From: Perkinsus chesapeaki ATCC PRA-425
Lineage: Eukaryota > Protista > Perkinsozoa
DNA: 64,000 bases
Reading direction: 5' to 3'
NCBI GenBank assembly: GCA_013115145.1
Contig: JAAPAO010000129.1
Span: 1-64,000, forward strand
Shown here: piece by piece, positions 48,089 through 61,100 of the stretch
Layout of the letters: the number at the start of each line of letters is the position of its first letter
Position numbering within the stretch: the stretch's first letter is position 1
Notes under the pieces: generated by a model
What the model was told of the DNA's origin: nothing
The model's input: only the letters and a program-made list of their open reading frames with translations
Database searches by the model: none
Translations under genes and position numbers: made by a program

Positions 48089-49513
48089 GGCTCGTATGCG
48101 GATCCTGATTCCCGACTCACCCCGGTTGAGTTAGCTCAACCTGTGAGTTAGACTCATGAGCTTACTCAACGTGTGATTCACTGAATCTGAGCTTGAGTCG
48201 CTGATTCTGAGTCACTGAGGTGAATCATGAGTCTGAGTCGCTAACTCTGAGACAAACAATCAAATCTTGAGTTAGAATCAGAGTCATTGAATCAGCTCAC
48301 TCACTCAATCAAACTCTTGATTCGATACAGCTAATCATGAGGCAGTGGCTCAGAGTTTGAGTCATAGACGCAAGATCAGAGTCAGCGAATCGCTCCTTGA
48401 GACAATGACTCGCAACTCAAGCACCTCATGAGCTGACTCGAGAGCCGACTCAAAAATTTGATTCACACACTCGCTGATTCACTGAATCACACACGTTTGA
48501 GTACTAAATTATGTACCGGGGGTTTTCGTGGACGGCACAGACTCAGAGTCTGATTCACCACCCGATTCGGTGACTTAGCGCTCGCCCAAATTCAGCGACC
48601 TGTCACAGGACTCTGTTCAACACAAAATCGATTCGCTGCTCAACAATCCAACAAAGGGAAGGAAGAAGGGAGATCATTGAGCAACAAGCCATTAACCCTT
48701 AAACATTGACCCGAAAACTAAGAACCCGAAACCCGAACCCGGAAACGAAGCGTAAGTTTTTCGGTTCGTGAGGGTCGACTAGCTTTGATGTAAGGATCTT
48801 GACTGAGACTGTCATGGGAGTGAGTTCCGAGACGCCGGGGGTCAACGATTTTTGGTAGTAACTTTCTACTGATAAGTCGAGGGATTAGCTCCCAATCTCC
48901 AGGGCTGGGAGGGTGGGAAAAAAGGAATAAACCTTCATCTCAACAATGACATGTACGATTTAATGAAAGCAGTTAATTATTTTGTTGTAGTTCATTGAAC
49001 TATCGTGTGCGTGCGTACAAAGATACTTCACGCAATTTGCGTGAAAATATGCGCCGTGCGGCGCGCCGGAGCATCGACGATTTTGACCGGCCAATCTTCG
49101 CCTTGTCAGGGGAGTCCTGCATCCTCGCCAGACTAGTCCGATTGACCTCGCAAAAAAATTACCAAGTATGGGGACTCATAAAAATTGTATCGTGTACAAC
49201 GCAAAATTACAAAGTGAAATAATAGTGTAAAATGCCTGTGCCGGGGATCGAACCCGCATCGCAGTAGGTCGAATCGGATTCAGTGTCTCTGAGTGAGATT
49301 CCCCGAATCCGTTAGTGATTCGCCGAATCTGATTGGGTGATTCATAGGTTGAGTAACTCATTCGGTGATTCAGTGGTGATTCGTTAGATCTGAGTTGAAG
49401 CGGGGGAATCTGAGTAGAGAATCAGTGAAATCGGAGGATCAACTCACTGTGTGATTTGATTGCCTGAGCATTTACTCAAACTCAGCCCTCGAATCAGGAT
49501 CCGCATACGAGCC
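48089..49513. mobile_element. Non-autonomous DNA transposon (MITE-like, probably PIF/Harbinger), 1425 bp
   Basis: Perfect 23-bp terminal inverted repeats GGCTCGTATGCGGATCCTGATTC (48089-48111, reverse complement at 49491-49513), flanked on both sides by CAG (3-bp target duplication). Subterminal arms are dense in GANTC; no transposase ORF. Confidence 0.85.
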
Positions 49514-52180
49514 CAGCTATCCGCCTACTTTACGCGCGCACACCGTCCCCCAGACGCCGAGTGCGATTCATTTGACTTAGATACGCGGCTTCCTGCTTTG
49601 CCAAAACCTCTGGACTAGGCCGTGAGACCTCAGAGGTCACGCGCAGAGTCTGCGCGCTCGAGGGGAGGGGCCCCCGAGAGAGCGCGCTCACACCGTGCGT
49701 GCAGGACGCCATCAACCGCTGATAAGGGGGGCTAACGTGTCGGAATTGCAATTCACCGTAAATTTGTTTCATATTCTGCATGGTGATAGCTACTGTATAA
49801 GGACGTAGCGGTGCAAAATTTCAGCCTGAAAATCATGTGTGAGCGTTTCGCAACGAGCGTGGAAAGTCCAGAATTTGTGCGTTAGAACTAATAGGTACGT
49901 GTAACAGCGCATGTTCTTTGAGCTTGTATAACTACTGGATTTTTCCATGTACCAGGCATCCGAGTTTCGGCTCATATTCAGCGAGTCTGCTAACCCAAGT
50001 ACCATGTGAAATCCATCATCTTTCCAAGGTACGTTAATGAAGAATTTATTCAGAAGAAATGAGATTGAAAAAGTCTAGTAAATGCGCTGTCTCAGCGCCT
50101 TCTGCCCCTCTCGCAATTGAGTAGCTGCGCACTGAGATGAGCGACTGCTTTCAGCAGCTGTTCCGTGGCAAACTTTTCGTGCATGCAGACATGTGCTTGA
50201 ATTTCAAGCCTTGAAGACAGTAAAGTGTAACGCTGTCGACACTTTCAGTCCTGATGACAAGATTCGGGCTCACTAGTACGACCATTTTCACAGGGGAGTC
50301 TCCGGCGGAGACCCATTCTTGTGTACTGACCCAGTCCGGAGTCCGGACAGGGGCCCCATGAAGTGAGGATGTCCGGACTAACTATTGCCTAGCGCCCCCT
50401 TGGGCTTTTCTACGTTTTTTATTGGTCATTGGCAAAGTTGGGATAAACGGGCCTAGCCGCGAATGGTAGATTCCTCGGAAGCATAGCTTTGTAGGCAAAG
50501 CGGCGGTGTCACCGGCCTATACACCCCCTATTATTGACTCGGGCTCGAATTTCGGGCCCCCAACCGCTGCTCGAGTCCCTCCGTTTTCAACTTGCACGCT
50601 TTCTTGTTTGTGCCACGAAGAAGAACCAACAAGGTTTTATGCTGATGCTCCCTAATAGTGCGCCGGCGGCGCGACGCAACTCAGCGCGAAAAACTTTGAG
50701 AAGGATTCAGTTCGAAATTCGCGTCGTTATTTTTGATCAAGACGGGGCTCAGCGAACAAAGGGAGAAGCAACAACAACATTCAACAGCCGTTCGAGCTTA
50801 CCTATTCCAGTCCAGAGGGCCCAAGATAGACAGACATACGGGAGTGGTGTGGGGCATGGAGCATCCTTGCATGGAGCGTATCCCGGACTATCTAGAGACT
50901 GGGATTCGTCACATGCCGTAGCGAATAAGTACGGTATCACACCTTCTTAGTGTTCTCAAAAAAGGCTAGTGTTGCGCGAGGCAACTTGCCCCACCGGTAA
51001 TTGCGCCTTCTGTATAATCACAGGTTCCTTCCGATGCCTGAACAAGAGAATCGAGTGATCCGGGCAGAATGCGCTAGATGCGAGACTACCAATGGTTACA
51101 CTATCCAAGCTGAGCAGCTTATTGCCAGGTTGACAAGATAAACCACTAGGTTTCGCAGATCCGTAGTTTCACCGTTCACGACTTGGGCCTAATCGTTTCC
51201 CTGGCGCACTTAAATGAAGTCTCCCCTGAAAAGTTGTATTTAACAACGCAAGTTACATAATATGAAGGAAGCCGTGTAAATAGGTAACGATTACAGGATT
51301 AGTAGTTGAGTAGCCATGACCATCGGGGGCACAGTATCGTTATCATCACTACCGATTATACTGCCAGTGGGACTATACACCAATAACACCATAGATAGTA
51401 TCATTCATATTAGAGGTGCAGCAACAACAACAACTCTACTACGAGCAAGAATCACCACCATCGCACGGATTATCCTCCATTATTATTGCCATTGCCTGTT
51501 GATCAGTCATATATACCTATCATCAAGTAGTATCACAATGGTGAGCAGTAGAACCTACTCATCACGTATGTAGCTATCTAGATGATATAAGGGATATAAT
51601 GACTTTATGAGGGTACGTTGGGCTGAATGGCAGTAAAGCAGCGATTAGTCAACTGATAGCAGCGACTATTACTGATGGTGATTGAACGATATGATGATGA
51701 TATTACTAGAGCATATAGGATGAGGAGGGGAGATATTCCACAGCAACAATAGCGAGCAGACTAATCGCTAATGTGTATGGAATACACAAAGACAAGTGAA
51801 GGAAAATTGCCACATTAGCGGCGGAGGCGGCGAACAGTAATTGGCTGTTGGGATAACGTTAAGTGTCGATGATGATTATGATGATGTTCTCAGCTTACAA
51901 CTACGTAGATAGTAGTCATCGAGAGCATAAGTGATATTATTAGAAGGGTACTAAGGTTGCTACTAGGAACCATATAGTAGGCTCTGGTAATATCATATTA
52001 ATAATGAGGATACCATAAAGGCGATTGCCGCCTATAAATGATATATACTAGTTACCGTATGCAGTTTACTATTATTAATAATACGATATTATAATGACCA
52101 TAACAATAAATATTCCATGCAACTTGATAGAACTCTTATTAGTAATAATATCACTCAATGCTTATCGACGAAGAGGAGGC

Positions 52181-53810
52181 TTAGAGGAAATCAGCAACGT
52201 CCATAGGCATCTCATCGACCTGGGTGTTATAGTGACGCTCGATCTCACGGAGCTGCTTGATATCATCAGGAACAACGAAGTTGATTGCTACACCCTTACG
52301 ACCGAAACGACCACCACGACCAATACGATGAAGGTAGTTCTCGATAGAGGCAGGGATATCATAGTTGATAACCAAGGACACCTGCTGGACATCGATACCA
52401 CGGGCCAATAGATCAGTAGAGATAAGGACACGAGAACTGCCGGAACGGAACTCGCGCATAATCATATCACGCTCTTCTTGAGTAAGATCAGCGTGCATGC
52501 AGGAAACGGTATGATCAGCCTCATGCATCTTCTCGGCAAGGTAATCAACCTAATAACAGCAAAATATAACAATACAATCGCTACATTAATTTACCTTTCT
52601 CCTGGTGTTGCAGTAAATAATGGCCTGGGTGATAGTCAAAGTCTCATACAAATCCTTGAGGGTATCAAACTTATACTCCTCGGAATCAATGGCAATATAG
52701 AACTGACGGATACCTAGAGGAAGAAGGATGTAATACACCTCATAGCAGAGCGAGAGGGGGGTAGAGAACATACCTTCCAATGTCAATTCATCGGTCTTGA
52801 CAAGGATTCTGACGGGGTCACGCATGAATTTGGTAGTAAGTTGGATGATATCATCGGGAAGAGTAGCAGAGAACAAGGCAACCTAAAAGGCAGCAATGAG
52901 GGCCGAATTAATGGTGACTGCCGCTGATGCCAAGGGCATACCTGGACATTGCTGGGCAAGAGGCGGAAGACATCGTAGATCTGATCCTTGAAACCTCGGG
53001 AAAGCATCTCATCGGCCTCATCAAGAACGAAGATCTTGAGGTCGTCCAACCTGATGGAAAAACGTGACCCGTAGATCATGTAGATGCGATTATGTTCATA
53101 CTTGAGATGTCTCTTGTTGGCCATATCGAGAACACGACCGGGGGTACCAACAACGACATGTTGGCCCTCACGAAGCTTCTCAATATCCTCACGGACGGCG
53201 GTACCACCGATGCAAGCATGGCACTTAACATCAAGGAATTCAGCTAAGGCCTTGGTAACCTACAAAAAATCTTATGTTAAATAATAAGAGAGGCGGCGAC
53301 CCTACCGAAGTGATCTGTTGGGCAAGCTCACGGGTGGGGGCCAAGATAAGGGCCTGAGTGGCTCTGAGCTTAGGGTCGACACGGGCAAGGCAACCAATAG
53401 TGAAAGCACCGGTTTTACCAGTACCGGACTGGGCCTGGCCAATAGTATCGCGGCCCGCCATCAAGGGCTTGATGGCTCTCTGAAAAAGGACACCAATTAC
53501 CGAGAATGGAAATTAACGTGAAGTTCTCCCCTTGAAGCGATGATGCAAAATATCTAATTATTAAACCGTAGAAGCGTACTGATACTGAACTCCTTATTAA
53601 GCAAAGGAAGTAATGATGTAATTAAGCAAGAAAGAGCGAGCTAAAGTGGCTAACTTGATTTCATCCATCCCATTGGCCCACCGATTGGATAGCTGAGGGC
53701 TTCTCGAAACCATACGAGTAGATGCCTCTCAAAAGATTCTCATCCAAGTCCAAATCGTCGAACGAATCGACGGCGGCGTCTTCGTAGTTGCACTCAATGT
53801 TTTGACTCAT
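52181..53810 (-). CDS. eIF4A: Eukaryotic translation initiation factor 4A (DEAD-box helicase), multi-exon
   Basis: [91 protein letters not shown]. Confidence 0.97.
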
Positions 53811-54315
53811 TGTCAGGGAAATTTATGGTTAGTCTGCGGCAGCAAGGAGCACGGCTATAAATTTGAAATGCAAATCTCGCTACGCCCCTATAATCGATTT
53901 GATGTCATCTTCTGTCTGATGTCAGATCCGTAAAGGTGCGCTCTATTGACAAAGGGTCGAGGCATCTGAATGGTAACTATAATTATAGCCCTATCAGATC
54001 AGGTGTGTACGGTTAAAACCAAAGGTTGGTACTTATTATTCAAACAAGAACATTCACTCTGTATTTGTCTCGCAGTAATACCGCTTTGCAATACCTCTTC
54101 CATTATGACATTCTCTTAACATGTTGAAAATCGTATTTCTCATCATCGTCTTCGGGCATCACTACGAATCCTATAGTGTTGAGAAAGCCAAGGGTTTCGA
54201 TCGCCGTACTTCTGGACCAAGATATTTGCGTTCCTGAAAAGTTACTCAACAACGCAGTATTTTGTGGGCCGCCTTTAGACGAGGTAAACGATGATGTAAT
54301 ACCGTTAGGTCATTT

Positions 54316-54916
54316 ATGTCCACTCCAATGCCTACTGACGGTTATCATACTCCTAATGAGGCCGCTCGTAAGAGAGTGGTATCTAAGGAGGAACTAGCCA
54401 AGCACACTTCAATTTATGATTCTTGGTAGCTCATTTCGGACACTCCTTGTCGATTCGTTGGTCAGGATATGCATCCATGGCTTGGTTGTTGACATCACTA
54501 AGTTTAAAGAAGATCATCCGGGAGGAGAGAGCATCCTCATGCGGAACGTTGGTGAGCTTCATCTCTCAATAGGGGAGTCATTCGAGGGGTTAGGCACTGA
54601 TGCTACTGAGGACTACGACGAGATAGATCACTCAGATCAGGCCCGTAAAAAACTAGCTGATGAGCTAGCTATAGGTATGGCACGTCAATCAACCTCCCGG
54701 GAATCTTTGGCTTAACAGGTGTTTTGGAGGGTCATGAGGATACCCCCGGTATCCCCGTCGAGCTCAAGTTCGAGGATACTCCTGAGGTTGGTTGGAGTAC
54801 CACCAAGGTGAGTCTGGCTCCGCTGCTGGTTGGTACCGTCTCGGGCCCAGGTCGTATTGGGGAGTCTCTTCGTGGCTGCGGTTGCGATTGGCATGATGCA
54901 GCTTATGAAGAAGTAA
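54316..54916 (+). CDS. Tail-anchored cytochrome b5, multi-exon
   Basis: SKEELAKHTSIYDSW|ICIHGLVVDITKFKEDHPGGESILMRNV|GTDATEDYDEIDHSDQARKKL shows both haem-ligand His residues; C-terminal TM VVLGSLFVAAVAIGMMQLMKK*. Confidence 0.9.
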
Positions 54917-55033
54917 TGAGTCATCGACGGCTATACTTTTGCCTCGGTTTTTATCAATGTATTTCATGGACTTACAAGTAGTTGTGTTTGTCGGTGGGTA
55001 GTTCATGGGTATGAAAGCTGTTCCTTACTAATA

Positions 55034-57790
55034 ATGGTTACTATTAAAGGGGACGATGAAGTAGATGACAACAACACTAGCTGTTGGCATAATCATCAAC
55101 GAACATCCTTCTATAAAGCCATAGGGCCCTATGGATGCCAGCCAGATCCTTCTATAGTCGATGAGACTACTGGGGATACATTAATTGGCTTTGTTAAGGA
55201 CAGCAGTGGTCTATGGCAAGGGGACGGTACTATATTATATATGTAATATTGAAAGGGAAGGCTGTGGGCTATTGGCATGAGGCATATTTGTTAGTGACGG
55301 TTCGGGGTACTCTGGTGCTATAGTGGATTCGAAAAGGGAAGGCCTCGGGGTGTATATAACTCGGGTAGGCGCCATTTATAGAGGGGAATGGAAGGTGAGA
55401 TGATGGAGTATCTTTGCGCACTATAAAGATTTTGTTGGATATCAGGGAGGAGAGCCAAATGGGCTGGGGAAATGGGAGTACTGTGACGGTAGTTACTACG
55501 TTGGGGAATTCAAGGCCGGTCGAAAGGACGGTCGGGGATACCACTATTCTCCAATTGGCACTGGTGTTACTTACTTTGAGGTGACACCGTTATTCATACC
55601 ATATTTCCGCCAAATCATGCGCAGGTATGGTCCGAGGGGAGCCTTGAAGAGCAAAGTCGGGTAACTCAGCAGCAGCCTTATGTCTCCAGCTGGCGGGCTC
55701 GTCCTTCCTCTGCCCCCACCGAGTCCAGAACATCCAATTGTAGACTTGATGGGAAACCACTCGAAGGGTAAGTGGCTAAGGGCTGTGGGTTTAATAATGG
55801 TGATGACAGGCAAAGGATATCGATCAACGAACCTCCTCGTATAACAGAGCTTCCCCCAGTCCCGCTGGAGGGCCGAAGAAGCTCCTCTAGGCCTCGAAGT
55901 CGAATGGATTCGGGGAGGCCTCTGTCCTATGGGAGCCATCGCAGCTCGGTGTTGATGCCACCAATGGATGAAGGGACAGCATTAGGGACCCGAGGTGGAG
56001 GAGGGCCACCATCATCTTCCTCCGGGCTAGGACCATCGCCAAGGTCTGTGGTGGAATGGAACACAGAGGATGTGGTTAGATGGCTCAGTAATACCCTCCA
56101 TATGCCACAGTACAGTAAGTCACTGGGACGGTGCTGCTGCCTGAGTAGGGCAGCTGATGATGCAGGTGATGCATTCCGACGGGCACACGTCTCGGGTCCG
56201 ACACTTCTACTTGTCAATCCGCAATTTCTAAAGTCAACTTTGGGGATAAAATCCCTAGGCCACCGAACTAAAATAATAGCAGCTGTGGATCAGGTAGTAG
56301 AGAATTTTATGGCGCGTGACGATTTACTGTCGCTCAGCTACGTCATGAGCTTTCCACTGCCCATGAGCACGGGTCCTCCAGAGGGCTCTACTTCAGCAGC
56401 GCCAGCACCAGTGGGAGCAGCGCTAGGCTGAACCGGCCATTGCTGGGCTCAACTCAAAGCATGAGTTCGGTCACAGCTATCCAGCCAACTTTAGGGGAGG
56501 TCCCCTATGATACTTGGTACATCCCGTTTGGGGACCTCCAGTTCGGGCCACGGTTGGACTCGCGACCAGATAGTAGCCCAGTGGGGGTGTATAAAGGGAG
56601 TTGGCTTGGAAAGGATGTGGCGATTAGGATGTATCGGGCGCAATTAGTGAATTCTCATAAGTGGTGGTCTGCCGTACGACACCTCGATCAAATACGTCAC
56701 ACTAACATATGCCTATTTATGGGCGTCTCTATCTCGGAGCCCTATTACTGCATAGTTTGGGAATTCGCAGAGTACGGAAGTCTGGAGGATCTCCTCCACT
56801 TTGACAGATGCCCACCAGGAGGAAAGCGGCATCAGGTGGTTAAGCCTCCATTGCCAGTGTCTATGGCACTACATATTGCTCGAGGGATAGCAGTGGCCTG
56901 CAGCTACCTTCAGAGGATCAGGGGCCTTGGGGACGGCCCTGGCGGCCATCTTGATTTAAAACCGTCGAATGTTCTCGTTGACTCTTCCTTTAACGTCAAG
57001 TTGACGGACTTCTGTTTGGATGAGATCGAGTCCTGCTTCCTGCTGCTCCCCGGCGATGGTGCTCGACGGACCCTACGAAGTCATTCCATTAAGAGGCTCG
57101 ACCCATCAGCTGGTCACACTGAAAGTGCTGAGGGCTGTGTTATACCAATCTCCATTGTGGGTGATAAGGACCCATCCAAGGTAGGCATCGTCATCTTGCA
57201 CTTTTATTATTACTGTGGATTATGTTAGTGTACCACCACTATCATCAGCCCTACAGACCAGACCGCAGCCTCCTCGAGTAATGAGGAGTATTGTATCGCC
57301 GATCGAAGGGTTCTGGTTCGAGACGCCAGCTACATGGCGCCTGAGGTTGGATCTGTCAGGCCGCCACATCCTCGCCACCGAAGTCCCTTTAGGTTCTTCG
57401 CCTGCCGGCTTGGCACTCCCAGCTCGGAATCGACTATCGTTGCGACATTTACAGCTTCGGTGTCATCCTATGGGAGCTTTTGACATGTCGACGTGCCTAC
57501 GTTGGACTAACTAATTCGCAGGTAAGCCACCACAATCACTTGGCCATCTCCGCGTCTCGAACGCTCTGTGTTGCCAGATTCGGGCCTATGTCGGGTACGG
57601 CGATGGTTCCCTGCCAAAGCTGTGCTACTCTGCTCCATCTGATGTCCGCCATCTTCTTAAGCGATGTCTCGACCCTAACCCAGCGAACCGTCCCTCGTTC
57701 GATTCGGCCATCCGGCGTTTAGCTCGCCTCCAAGGGCGGATGAATACCGTGGCCGAGGATGCATTAATGTCTTTTATGGTTGGGGTGTAG
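55034..57790 (+). CDS. MORN-repeat / SAM / tyrosine-kinase-like (TKL) protein, probably a pseudokinase
   Basis: MORN-like units (GLWQGDG; YYVGEFKAGRKDGRGYHYSPIG); SAM domain EWNTEDVVRWLSNTLHMPQYS...LGIKSLGHRTKIIAAV; TKL domain GVYKGSWLGKDVAIR, IRHTNICLFMG, HLDLKPSNVLVD, YMAPE, DIYSFGVILWEL. Confidence 0.85.
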
Positions 57791-58140
57791 CCCGTCCACG
57801 ACGATGACATCTGCTGCTGCCATCATCACGTTACCCTCGTCACCATTTCCGATTATCTTCTGTACGGCGCAGCCGCGGCCGGTGTTGATGTACATCGGTA
57901 GCCGTCTGACGGTATTGTCCTTATTCTTGTTGATGTTTATACACTTTTATTGATATAATTTCACGCGGTCCCCACCGCCGCCGCGACCGCCCCGGCCGTC
58001 ATGTAGCATTGTGTTTGATACATCCTCCTCGTTGATTTGTTGGTTTATAGAAGGGCAGGAGGCAGTGCTGTTAAATGAATCTTAACCTCGAAAGTATCTT
58101 TCGTTGAAGTCATTATTAATATCATTATTCTTAGTTGGCC

Positions 58141-61100
58141 ATGCCACTAGCAGAGACACCCGCCGATGGTGACCACCCGGCCTCAACTGGAATAGGTCGC
58201 TTCGAGTCCTCGACCTTCAAAAAGCGTCTCAGTGGCAGCGGTGCCTCCTCTCCCCCTCCTGCAGCACTCCATCACAAGACGTCCCCACCACCGCCGTCCC
58301 CTAATAACCCTTCAGTGCCGCCACCGGCCGCCAGGCTACTGCCCAGACGATACGAGCAGCATAACCGGTACAGCAGCAAAGGCATCTTTCTAGCAGCTTT
58401 GCTGTGTATGGGTGGAGTGGTCCTGGCGTGGCTATTCATAACAGACATTGGTCCTCGGAACCTTACTGTCACTCCGGCGATGCTGCTCGCTGTGGTAACT
58501 GGCTCTATTATATTCACACAAGTGTTCCTATCATCCCGGCCGACGGTGGGCTCTGCTGGGCCTGCTGTCTTGGCCCCTTCACCAATGCCCCACTCGGCCT
58601 CAGAAGAGCGACAACCGCAGATCAAGCTCTTTGGTGGGGCACCAGCGGTGTCTGCTATGGCTCACCAGCGGGTAAGTAGGGGAGAGGAATTTCGTGGCGC
58701 AGTGAAGTTGAGTGAGGAATCTTTGTGGTGCGCATTTCATGTTCATTGTTGTTATCTCTGCTGCACCACTTTTTTGTTTTGTCCGGCCGCGGCCACCCAT
58801 GGCCTTTGCCTTGGTCAGGTCAGTGACCAGTCCCAGGATGAGTCGTTGATATCCTATCCGGACCCAAGAGACTCCCACCTCAATCCACTGTCCCCACACA
58901 AGCCCAATCGTAGTGGCTTCCCCTCCACTCCCTATCGAGTAGGGCCCTGGTTAGATACCTTGAGATCAATAGACCTGTGTTAGGTACCGAGCCCGTATGG
59001 AGGAGGGGACACTTCCGTATCTTCAATTAGTCCAGCGTCAACACCTGCCCGGCCAGCCAGTGGAGCATGGGCCTCCAACCGCGTCGGGTCCCTTTCGGTA
59101 AGACCAAATCTCAATTGCCCCTCTCGAGCTCATGCTTCTTCAGGCCGGTGGCGGCGGTACAGCTGTTGCTGATCTCTTTGGCCACGAGGTGGTCTCAGCC
59201 TGGACCAGGACTGTAGCCAGTGAAGTGATCGATAGGCAGATTATTGAGCCCCTCATTCGAATGCTGTCCGTCAGCGACTCTCAGTTAAGCAACGCTGTGA
59301 AGTAAGAAGAAGCCTTCCTCCCTGATGGCCTTAGCATCTATCTTTTCTTCAGAGTGGCTGGCCAAGGCTTCTTCCTCGCGTGCGCTACTGTCAGCGATGG
59401 TGGCTGGACTGTTACTAGGCCACCGGTGAGGAGGGTCACTTTTCAACATGCTGTCACGTGCTCCCTCCTCCTTCAGGCAACTGCTGGCTCGACTAGTATG
59501 GGTTATGGCGGAGAAGCTACGGCCTTGCCTGGCGCCATCTATCTCTCAGACAGGAACTTGCCCCACCCCCTCAGCAGCCTTCCTGAGCTTAATGCCGCTT
59601 GGAAGCACAGGTCGTACCATCACCTGCCAGCCTTCCCATATTGCCGCTTCAGATTGGTCCTCGAACGATACTTCCTCCTGCCGCCGATCCAGGAGGCCGA
59701 CCCTACCTCCTCCGCTCCGTCTGGTGGAGGAGCACTGCTCTATCAGAGCCGAGACTATGTGGTGGCCAGAGTCTGCGATTGGGCAACGTAGACGACCTGC
59801 TTAGTCATCTGCCTTTGGTACAATGTATCTCTCAGGCATGGCCTTCGATCGAGCTACCAGTTTGATCTGAAGGAAGTCCGCAACAGTACAACCAGCGGTG
59901 GTGGGTATGGCGGTGTGGGGGGCTACGATGCCACCAGTGGGCTTCTGCTGCTGCCCTCTACTACTACCTGTGATATAGTTACAGACTCTAGAATACTCGA
60001 CCATATACTGTTACAGTAAGGCGTGTCCCAGTGGGATGCACTATCATCTTCTTCAGTGCATTGGACTGTCATATGAACGGCGGTGGCGGCGGTGCTGGTG
60101 GGATTGGCGGTGGAGGGGGTCGGCGGCCATTCACCTCCACCTTTGTGCGGTCCATCGATTCCCGAGACGTGGCTAGCATGGAAAGGGGCTCTCAGGTGCC
60201 CGCCTGTGTTCACGGCATCAGATGGCTAATGTGTCTTTTTCAGACCTCAGCATCAGCCGCAGCAGCTCGGCCCTCTCGGTGGTCCACTGGTGGCTTAGGC
60301 CTCGGTCGGCGGGGGGCAGACTCTCCGGTGTGGATTGAAAGGTACCAAATACTACCGGTGCGGAAATGGTAACCTTTCTGTCAGATGCTACGACACATCC
60401 ACAGGCCTCGTTACCTATAACGTAGTGGACTTAACTCACAACAGCAGCAGCATCAGTAGCCAAGGCCGGGCCAGTGGGGCATCGATGGCGCCACAGCATA
60501 GGGATAGTGAATCAAGAGGGCTTATGCGGTGTCAGAAGGGCAACGCTAATATTGTACAGGCCTTGGCTGTGTTCCTGTGGTCCTTGAAAAAGGTAAAGTA
60601 CTTTTGTGGTCATGGAGATATGTTGGCTACTCAGGCATCACCAGAGCACTTCAGTAGCTTACCGACCGCCTTCAAGAACGCCACAGAGAGCTTCCCGCCA
60701 CCGAACCCACCATCGTATGCTACTACTACCAGCAGCACCTATCCTTCCCTACTGCGGCCACAGTACTTCAACCGGCGCTCTATATAATGCTACTACCATT
60801 ACCACTTACTACTGGACGTTTCCTGTGATACTACCTGACATTGTTGTTGCGGCGTTCTGTGGTCAATACCGCCTCCTATGTACAGTTGCTTGTTGTTTTT
60901 TTATTGAAGTCATGACTGGAGTAGTCTCCCACAACTATCCAGCGCCATGCATAATCTATCTCTTCAGGTACATTCGGCTAGAACTCCCGCCGCCCCTCCA
61001 CGCAAGGAGCAGACACAGACCAAGCCGCGGCTCAGTCCCGAGGCCAGGGCAGGCGGGGCGACCTATGACGGAGACCTCGGAGCTGTTGGTGGGTGACCTC

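Noticed and set aside
48690-48750. AACCCTTAAA...AACCCGAAACCCGAACCC, telomere-like
   Set aside because: Only two or three degenerate units, inside the transposon.
48100-49500. GANTC clusters read as bacterial CcrM/HinfI methylation sites or contamination
   Set aside because: They are confined to the arms of a TIR element in clearly eukaryotic context; a transposase-binding motif is simpler.
49861-49869. GGAAAGTCC, an RNase P/MRP CR-I-like motif
   Set aside because: No CR-V or P4 pairing partner is seen; a 9-mer is not sufficient.
50251-50275. CTGATGA as a hammerhead ribozyme core
   Set aside because: No stem II followed by GAAA and no cleavage-site helix.
51300-52180. AT-rich low-complexity tract with short ORFs
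   Set aside because: Consistent with the eIF4A 3' UTR or intergenic microsatellite-like sequence; the ORFs are compositionally biased.
53535-53595. ATGATG...CTGA...CTGA, C/D-like, within eIF4A intron 1
   Set aside because: It is antisense to the host gene, box C is imperfect, and there is no adjacent terminal stem or recognisable rRNA guide.
53970-53995. 12-bp palindrome CTATAATTATAG between divergent eIF4A and cytochrome b5 genes
   Set aside because: A single AT-rich palindrome, not repeated in the other divergent promoters; insufficient to call a regulatory site.
54316-54916. Cytochrome b5 as the dedicated reductase partner of the octa-globin
   Set aside because: It lies about 36 kb away with many unrelated genes between, and it is an ordinary tail-anchored b5; no evidence of linkage.
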